Shown here: positions 1 through 7,174 of the stretch, piece after piece
How the letters are laid out: each line of letters begins with the position of its first letter
Numbering within the stretch: position 1 is the first letter of the stretch
From: Paecilomyces variotii
Lineage: Eukaryota
Assembly (NCBI GenBank): GCA_004022145.1
Contig: RCNU01000059.1
DNA: 9,599 bases
Strand: one strand, 5' to 3'
Position numbers and translations under genes: made by a program
The notes under the pieces: generated by a model
Database searches by the model: none
Seen by the model: only the letters and a program-made list of their open reading frames with translations
Told to the model about the DNA's origin: nothing

Positions 1-196
1 AAGTATAGCAAATTAAAATACTGCTATTAACCTATCTTAAATATATTATTTTATAATTTACTAACTGGATTTAGCTTACTAATATTAATATAAATAGGTT
101 CTAAAAGATATCTAATAGTAAGAAAAAAAAAGAAAAATAAAAAGTCTTAAGGATAAGATACTTCTATACTATTATAATTAGACTTTTTAAATAGAT

Positions 197-212
197 TCTA
201 ACTTAAGTTAGA
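197..212. repeat. 16-bp perfect palindrome TCTAACTTAAGTTAGA, copy 1
   Basis: Read directly; identical to 2748-2763 and 3367-3382. Confidence 0.9.
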
Positions 213-474
213 TTTAAGTATATTATCCTTAATATAAAATTTCTTATACTTTTTTCTGGGCTAGAGTTATTTAATATATTTTAAAGTTTTAATAGTTTCT
301 AATTCCCCTTATCTATAACTCTTTTCTTTAATAAGATAGGATTCTTACTTCTTATTACTATTTTAAGAGATAATAATAGTTTTTAATTGCAGAATATTTA
401 GTTTAGTTTAGTCTTATAAAAGCTTAATATAATCTAATTTTTATCCTAGAACCTTTAAATATAATAAATAAAAA

Positions 475-490
475 TCTAACTTAAATTAGA
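475..490. repeat. 16-bp palindrome, copy 2 (TCTAACTTAAATTAGA)
   Basis: One G>A difference from the consensus; ends 14 nt before the candidate ATG at 505. Confidence 0.85.
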
Positions 491-1095
491 ATACTATAAA
501 TATTATGCCGCCGCCTATACTACTATCTTTAAGTTTCTCCTCCTTATCTTTTTCTAATATAGACATATTAGGATTACCGGGTCCTTTATTATAGTTTTAA
601 AATTATGCTATTTATATTTCTGCAGAAACTTATAAGACTCTTTTATCTTTAGATACTAATATCTAGGATATTAATTTTAATTATAATCTTATTAAATAAT
701 CTAAGCCTTAATTTAAAACTAATACTCTTAATTTAACCTAATTTAAGATAATAAGATATAATTAAATAAAGACTATTATCTATCTAGCTCTTCTAAAATA
801 GGTTTAAATCTTTAAATCTTAATAGATTAAAATAGAGTTTATAAAATAACAGTCTAAGTTTTAATAAGTAAAATTAAAAACTTAATTAGCTATATAATAA
901 TACTATTAAAAAATTATAGATAATATATTTAGCTTCTCTTATATATAATATCTATATTGCTTAATATTTCTTTAATATCTTTATAAAGGAGGAAATAGCA
1001 CTAGCTTAATAGCTACCTATATAAAAAAGGCTATATATAGATCTAGAGATAAGACTTAAAAAAATAACAATATTTAAAATATATTAATTATAAAG

Positions 1096-1144
1096 ATAAG
1101 AACTAGCTAATTATTATAAACTTTATTACTAATATTTTTATTAG
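1096..1144 (+). other. Putative intron 1 of hAT transposase (49 nt)
   Basis: The coding frame changes from +1 to +2 across it. The donor reads ATAAGA (GTAAGA with G>A), with a branch-like TACTAAT and acceptor TAG at 1142-1144. Confidence 0.65.
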
Positions 1145-1882
1145 AAAACTTTTAATCTAATATATATACTAGATATATTATATAATCAGATCTTATATTT
1201 TATTATAGGATATTGCTAATTATTTTAAATAGTTAAATATACTTAATTCTGCTATATACTATATATAGCTGCTAGTAATTTATATCTAGAATTACCTAAC
1301 TAATATTAGATTTAAGCATACCTTTTTAAACTTAAAGAAATTAATTATATAGAAATATTATTATATTTACCTAAGCAAGGAAAGATTTCTCTAGTATTAG
1401 ATTATTAGATTAATTAAAGTTAATATTCTTTTCTTACTATAATAGGGTATTTTATTAATATAAAATAGGTATACAGGGAAGTATTCTTAGCCTTTAATTC
1501 TATCTATAGATTATATACTAAGAAGAACTTAGCTAAAATAGTATTAAAGAATCTTTATTAATATAATTTATAATATTAAATCCTTATTATTATAACAGAT
1601 AATATAAGTAATAATATTACTTTAATAGTAAAGCTAGATAAAAGCCTAAGGAATAAACTTAAGATAGATTTATTATTAAAAGATTTCTAAGATATAATAC
1701 TAAGTTAACTTATTTTAAATCGCTATTATATTCTATGTTTAGTATATATTTTACAACTTATAATTAATGCTTTATTAGGTAAACTCTATATTAATACTCC
1801 TGTTAATAATAATATTAGTTAAGATATAAAAAAGGATAAAGGCCTATTATATTCTCGGGGTATCCTAATATTATTAAAAAAG

Positions 1883-1935
1883 GTATATTCTCTATTTAAC
1901 TTAAATTAGATTAATATTAATAGGTTTTTATATAA
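1883..1935 (+). other. Putative intron 2 of hAT transposase (~53 nt)
   Basis: Donor AAG|GTATAT; frame changes from +2 to +1; removal joins LLKK to VRKI. The acceptor reads TAA (presumed mutated TAG). An alternative in-frame TAG acceptor exists at 1921-1923. Confidence 0.7.
1895..1910. repeat. 16-bp palindrome, copy 3 (TTTAACTTAAATTAGA), inside intron 2
   Basis: Two differences from the consensus, one C>T and one G>A, both RIP-type. Confidence 0.7.
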
Positions 1936-2704
1936 GTTCGCAAGATTACTAGATTTATTAATATAAGCCCTTAATACTAAAAATATTTCCTGATATTATA
2001 ATAATTAAGTACTAGTTAGCTAAAATTATTACTTTTTAATTGCCGGATATAATAGAATTTAATATATCTTATATTTATATATACTCTTAAACTATATACA
2101 GTAATTAAATAATTTATTATATTATAGGCTAATAAAGATATTTATTTTCTAATATTATCCCTTACTAAATAGCGTTAGATTAAATATCTTATTAAATTAA
2201 CCTAGCTATTTTATAATCTTACTCTTGCCGTATTAAAGATAAACAGTCTATTAATTTATAGAGTTTTTAAAATTTATAATACTATCTTTAATTATCTTAA
2301 TAACTATATAAAGCATTTAAAATTAAAAAGAGCTATATAGAAGATATAACTCTAAAATACTTTATCTAAAGCTTATAATAAGTTATAAACTTATTATATT
2401 AAAATATATAAATCTTAAGGATTTATATACGCAATTGCAACAATCCTTTACCCCGGTTTAAAGCTTAAATATTTTAAAACTCAGGTCTAGCAAGATATAA
2501 TAAAAAACTAATATAATATTTATAAAAAGATTTTTTATAAAATATTTTAATACTATAGTAATTAAAATCTAAATATTAAGATATAATTAAGAATCTATTT
2601 ATCAGTCTTAACATTAGATTATGCGCTTATATAATCTAAATATTATTATCTCCCTTTAAATACTATTAGTACTTATTAAGAAATTTAGACTTATCTTATT
2701 AAAA

Positions 2705-2767
2705 GTAATATTCTATTTAATATTACATTTAAATTACACAGTATTATTCTAACTTAAGTTAGATTAG
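2705..2767 (+). other. Putative intron 3 of hAT transposase (63 nt, frame-preserving)
   Basis: GTAATA donor, CTAAC-like branch site at 2749-2753, and TAG acceptor at 2765-2767. Removal restores the short spacing between EI-x-x-YL and the YW..FP motif of the hAT dimerisation domain. Confidence 0.7.
2748..2763. repeat. 16-bp perfect palindrome, copy 4, inside intron 3
   Basis: Exact copy, ending 4 nt before the end of the intron. Confidence 0.9.
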
Positions 2768-3364
2768 CTTTATTAAAATTAGACAATATCTTTAACTATT
2801 AGAGAATTAATAAATATTAATTTCTAATTCTTATAATAATAGCCTAAGATTTTCTTATAATCCTATTAAGTAGTATTAGTATAAAATAATTATTTAATAA
2901 TGCCTAAGATATCTGCTATTACTAATATAGCTAATTACTTCTTAATATAATCTATACTTTAATACTTCTTATATATATTAAAAATTTCACTATTTAATAG
3001 GAGTTTAAGGTAATAACTAATAATATAGATATAATACCTAATTATTAATAATCTAAAAGAGAAAAGATTAAATTACTAAACCTAATTAGTAATAATAAGG
3101 ATATAGATAATATATTAGAAAAAGAGATAGAGGTTAATAATAAAGACTATTAAATAAAGCAGTTTAAGAATTAAAGTCTTTTAAATATTTAAATAGATTA
3201 ACCTATTATTAACTCTATATATAATAAAGGAGAATTAGATTAATTACCTATACCTAGAGCTTTTATATATTCTCGGAGGAATATAGTAACTATAGATAAA
3301 TCTAAGTTTTCTAATTATTACTTATACTAGATTAACTATATTAAAGGCTAATATAAATATTAGT

Positions 3365-3384
3365 AATCTAACTTAAGTTAGATT
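3365..3384. repeat. Palindrome copy 5, extended to 20 bp (AATCTAACTTAAGTTAGATT), in the 3' non-coding region
   Basis: Exact core at 3367-3382, about 35 nt after the inferred stop codon. Confidence 0.9.
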
Positions 3385-3498
3385 TAATTATTAAATCTAA
3401 TATCTTTCTATTAATTTCTATTTAATATTTAACAATAAATATTATAAAAGAATAAATAGTTCTTAAAAGTCTATATAAAAATTAAGATTAATATAAAG

Positions 3499-3693
3499 AA
3501 ACTAAAAAACCTAAATAAAATTAAAAAAACTAAATAAAACTAAAAAAACTAAACCTATCTAAACTATATAGTGCACTATAAACTATTAATTTAGTTTATA
3601 AAATCTATAAACTATTCTAGTTTATAAAATAGTAAACTAAACTAAACTATAGGCGGTTTAATTTAGTTTAGTTCAGTTTTTTTAGTTTACTAT
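3499..3693. repeat. hAT subterminal repeat array (AAACTA/TAGTTT, probably ancestral AAACCG/CGGTTT)
   Basis: Many short direct and inverted copies, with one unmutated CGGTTT at 3654-3659. Inverted pairs occur at 3577-3585/3592-3600, 3606-3614/3618-3626 and 3629-3641/3681-3693. Confidence 0.85.
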
Positions 3694-3703
3694 AACTACT
3701 CTA
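3690..3703 (-). repeat. Putative right terminal inverted repeat of the hAT (5'-TAGAGTAGTTATAG...)
   Basis: Begins TAGAG, matching the hAT terminal pattern (T/C)A(A/G)NG, and abuts the point where gypsy coding breaks. The partner TIR is not in the window, so the length is unknown. Confidence 0.6.
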
Positions 3704-6539
3704 GCAGTTCTAGGTCTAATAATCTATATATTAATATATATTTAGCTAGTAGTACTTATATAAGATTAAGTTATAAAGCTTATATTTTTTAAGGTATTTA
3801 CTATTTAAGTATGCGCTTATTATAGTATTCTTATAATAAGTAAGCTCTTAGCTTATTATAGTTAGAAATATATAAGTAGTCTTTATAGTATAAATATCTT
3901 CCTCTTTACTAATAATTAACTAGTATAATCTTAAGGTAATAGTTAGCTTTATAGTCTAAGGCTTATAAAATAGATTATATTAAGTTATTAAATAAGTAAG
4001 CTATATTTAATAAGCCTTTAATATTAGGTAAATATTTTAATTTATTAAATATAGTAAGAAAACTTAGTTAATATTATTTAATAAGTAAAGCTACTTCTTT
4101 AATAAGTAAAATAATCTCTTTAGTAAGCTAAGTTATCTCTTTAGCAGGTTAAATAATCTTAATAGACTAGTTAGGCGGTAAAGTAAATTAGATAAATTCT
4201 CTAGGCTAAATAGTTTAACTTCTTAAAATAAGTTAAGTAAGTATTTCTATAAGTTTAGCAGAATTTCTAACCTCTTAAGCTATTAAATCGGCGAAGTAAA
4301 TATACCTTACTATTTAACTCTTAATAATAGCTTTTAGTTTTAGAGATCTCTAAATCTATAGGTTAAGATTCTCTTTCTTTAAAACTATTTAGCTCTAATA
4401 CTATAGTTATTTATCTCTCTTCTTAAAGAGATTCTCTAATCTCTTAATTAAAATATTAAGCTTTATTTCTTACTTTTTAAAATAATATATAATTTAAAAG
4501 TTAAACTAAAATAAGAACTTAGACTAATAAGCCTATTATTAATTTAATAGCTTAATTAATATAAAGTATTTTAAATTATAATAGTCTATAATAACTTTAA
4601 TTAATAATAGTATATCTTTAAGCTTAAGATATTACTTCTTAAAATAATAGATAATTATTAATAATTCTTTATTATAAATCTTATAATTATACTCTATAGT
4701 AAAGAGCTTCTTTAAGAAAAATATAATAAAATATAGAATTCCTTTATTATTATATTAAGATATAACTTTAGCTAATATATAATTAAATAAGTTAGTTTTA
4801 ACTATAACCTTATAAGTCTAATTAAATAGCTTTAGAATTAGGGCTTAAATAAATATTTCTTTTAAGGCTTTAAAACTAGACTAATAAGTAAGTATTTAAT
4901 TAAAAAGAACTCTCTTTTAAATTAAGTTTATAAATAATATAATTATCTTAAAAAAGTTATAAATAAACTAATAATAAAAGTTATTAAACTTAATAAAGGC
5001 TTATATATTAATTATATAAATTAAGGTCTTCTATTTACTAATTATTTTTACCTTATCTAAGTTTATCTTAATATAGTTTTAGCTAATAATAATACTTAAG
5101 AACTTAGTCTTAAAGATAATAAACTTATATTTTTAAATCTTTATATATAAGCTTACTTTATATAGCTTCTATAAGATAATATAAATATATTAAATATATT
5201 TAAAATAAGTTATACTATATACTAAGATATTATTAAAGTATATAGTATAAAAGATATTAAGATAATCTTATAAGGTATTATTAATAAACTGTTAAAATAT
5301 TATTAATACTCTTATTAAGCTAAATAGTATTACTAATAATTTAAATAAGCTAAGTTAAGTATAGAAGGTAATTAAATATTTTTATTCTTTCTTAATATAA
5401 AGGTTATTAAATATAGAAATAATATTAATTTTTATAAAATACTTTATTTCTTTTAGATTATTTAGTATTTCCTTAATTATAAGTAAAGAATATTAATCTT
5501 TAATAGTTATTATATTTAAGGCTTAATAGTTTATATAGATCTATATTTCTCTACTAGGCTTTTTTATAAATAGAATTAAGAATATAGTAAGTAATAAGCT
5601 TAAATAAATAAATCTCTTTTTTAAGTTCTCTTTAGTTTATTTCTTTAAAACCTTTAATTTATTCTAGAATATAATATATAAGGGTTTAAAGGAAAGTAAC
5701 TTTCTCTCTAGTAGCTTAATATTATAGTTATAAAAATAATATAATAATAAGCGCTTAGCCTTCTTAGGTAAAAAAATATTAATATAATCTTTAAACTCTT
5801 TAAGTAATAAGTAAATAGAGTCTTTTTCTTAAACTTATTTAATTCTTAAAGCAGTATTTAAGTCTTTTAAAATAATTATAAATATTTAAATATTTCTTTA
5901 AGTATAGGCAGAATAGGTAGCTAAAAAAATAAAGGCTATATTTCTTTCTTTTAATCCTTTAAGCCTTAGAGATAAGTATTAAGGTAAAGCTTTTAAGAGA
6001 ATATTATATAGGGTAAATATTTTAATTAGCTTTAAGAGTATATTATAATTTTTCTAATAATAATTACTATTAAAAGTAATACTATAAGTAATAAATTATA
6101 AATATAAGTTATAATGCTTTAGCTAAAGAAGTCTTAAAATAATAAAATAGTATACTAGTTAAATAATATAAAACTTAATATTCTTTTTAAAATAATTCTT
6201 AATTCTTATATTTATTTAAATATAGTATATAATCTTTTTATTCTCTAATTCTCTTCTATTAAATATATATAGAGTAATTAAGCTCTTTAAGAGAATAGGC
6301 TCTAATTTCTAATCTTTAGCCTATTCTTAGTCTATAAATCTTTATTCTTTAGCTTTAATATTAAGTAGAGTATAAGTTAATAAGTAGATCTTTTTCTTCT
6401 TTTTTTCTAGTATTATAGGTAGTATTATTAATTTTAATTATTATAAATATTCTTTAAGGTTAATTCTATAAATAATAGCAGTAAAGATTTAAATAATATA
6501 TAGTTCTTAAGCCTAGCTATAACTTAATCTAGGCTTACT
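3704..6539 (-). pseudogene. pol: Ty3/gypsy pol pseudogene (protease, reverse transcriptase, RNase H, integrase zinc finger)
   Basis: As read, with de-RIP reading in brackets: TLLNIKA with triad at 6362-6354 (ALLDTGA); IILRLL*LKHYN (IILGLPWLKHHD); LKEFKDYINIFLPKKAKRLLLY near 5800-5735 (PEEFKDYADVFSPKEAERLPPH); LILFIKKPSR..IYINY*A (PVLFVKKPGG..ICVDYRA); YFNN at 5240-5229 (YLDD); KTNLFNYILAKVIS* from 4799 (ETDSSDYVSAGVMSQ); NYKIYNKELL (NYEIYDKELL); YY*LNIY*YIDY*T*NC ending at 3704 (YYWP.MYQYVDRWTRNC). The PR, RT, RNase H and first integrase motifs share one frame down to ~3816. Confidence 0.95.
4074..4157 (-). repeat. Four degenerate 21-bp tandem units in the RNase H-integrase linker
   Basis: Units start at 4074, 4095, 4116 and 4137. 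The - strand reading is II*PAKE / IT*LTKE / IILLIKE / VALLIK*. Confidence 0.7.
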
Positions 6540-6548
6540 CTTTTTATT
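6508..6548 (-). promoter_or_regulatory. Putative -1 ribosomal frameshift signal at the gag/pol junction
   Basis: pol lies in the -1 frame relative to gag. Heptamer A-ATA-AAA at 6548-6542 (possibly G-GTA-AAA before RIP) is followed after 4 nt by a 9-bp stem (6537-6529 with 6516-6508) with a 12-nt loop. Confidence 0.6.
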
Positions 6549-7174
6549 AAAAATTAGCTAGGAGATAAACTATATAAATTTAAAAATTATATTACTTAAG
6601 AAGTCTAAGGGCGAGATTTATATATAATTATAATCTAGATCTTCTAGTAAGTATTAAAGTATAAGCAGTTTTTAATATAATATTTAAGAAAACTATAATA
6701 AAAGCAAGTACTAGTTTTATAATATAATAAGCTATATTCTCTTTTACTTAAGTATTTAAATATACTTAAGTTTATAGAATTATATTATTATATTAAGACT
6801 AGTTTATTCTTTTATATTAAGTTTTTCTAAGGCTAATTATTAATTCTTATAATAGAGATAGAGTTTAAAATAAATAAGAGAGATTAAATATATTAAATAA
6901 GTTTTAAAGCTATAGTATAAATTTTTATAATAAAAGGCTAGTTTATAATATATTAATAGTAATAGTTCTTAAAATCTTATAAAAATTTAGTAAATTAGTA
7001 ATACTTATAATTTAAGGGCTAACTATATAATAATATTTCTTAAAATTCTTAATTAATAGCTTATTTAAGTAAAGTAAATAATATTTCTTTAAGTATTTTC
7101 TCTTTTAATACTAGGCGCTAGAACTTAATAAAAAAAGTTTTAAATTCTTTATTAGTTTAATAAAGATTAAATAG
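6524..7174 (-). pseudogene. gag: Ty3/gypsy gag pseudogene, C-terminal part
   Basis: As read, with de-RIP reading in brackets: LFNLY*TNKEF..FFIKF*RL (LFNLRQTNKEF..FFAEFQRL); SINLS (PMDLS); CFYYSFLKYYIKNC at 6706-6665 (CX2CX4HX4C knuckle). Ends RVSLD* with TAA at 6526-6524. Confidence 0.88.

Larger units (their letters stand above)
505..3330 (+). pseudogene. hAT transposase pseudogene (BED zinc finger, DDE core, C-terminal dimerisation domain); approximate exons 505-1095, 1145-1882, 1936-2704, 2768-3330
   Basis: As read, with de-RIP reading in brackets: YLYC..STSLIATY at 949-1020 (BED CxxC..GTSSMATH); KISLVLDY* with Asp at 1400-1402 (KISLALDCW); GYFI..YREVFLAF; ITDNISNN with Asp at 1598-1600 (TDNASNN); ILCLVYILQL at 1730-1759 (IPCLAHILQL, CxxH); RKI..FINISP* (FINASPQ); NCRI**NLIYLI at 2038-2073 (DCRTRWNSTYLM); YAIATILYP near 2428-2454; A*DFLIIL..SIK*LFNNA*DICYY at 2842-2922 (ARDFLAIP..GVERLFNNARDICHY), with the catalytic Glu now AAA at 2884-2886. 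The start ATG at 505 and stop TAG at 3328-3330 are best guesses. Confidence 0.93.
1..3703 (+). mobile_element. hAT-superfamily DNA transposon, RIP-inactivated; right end at ~3703, left end probably upstream of the window
   Basis: Contains a hAT transposase relic followed by an AAACTA/TAGTTT subterminal array and a terminus reading TAGAGTAGTTATAG on the - strand. Gypsy integrase codons begin immediately beyond 3703. The left boundary is not observed; element-specific palindromes extend at least to 197. Confidence 0.88.
3704..7174 (-). mobile_element. Ty3/gypsy LTR retrotransposon internal fragment, RIP-inactivated, interrupted at both ends
   Basis: Domain order gag(CCHC)-PR-RT-RNase H-IN on the - strand, diagnostic of Ty3/gypsy; motifs resemble fungal MAGGY/skippy-type elements. 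No LTR of this copy is identifiable. Confidence 0.95.

Noticed and set aside
261-275. TAGAGTTATT as the left TIR of the hAT
   Set aside because: Only 6 bp match the right end, there is no adjacent subterminal array or GCAGTTCT duplication, and palindrome copy 1 lies outside it.
1295-1310. Weak extra palindrome-like copies (1295-1310; also 60-75 and 732-747)
   Set aside because: Only 11-12 of 16 positions match, with non-RIP-type differences, which is expected by chance in this composition.
197-3384. Repeated palindromes as a CRISPR-like array
   Set aside because: Spacing is irregular (about 280-1420 bp), the intervening DNA is transposase exon sequence, and the context is fungal.
3378-3420. 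Helitron 3' hairpin
   Set aside because: No CTRR terminus at the expected distance and no Rep/helicase relic; the region is explained as hAT 3' sequence.
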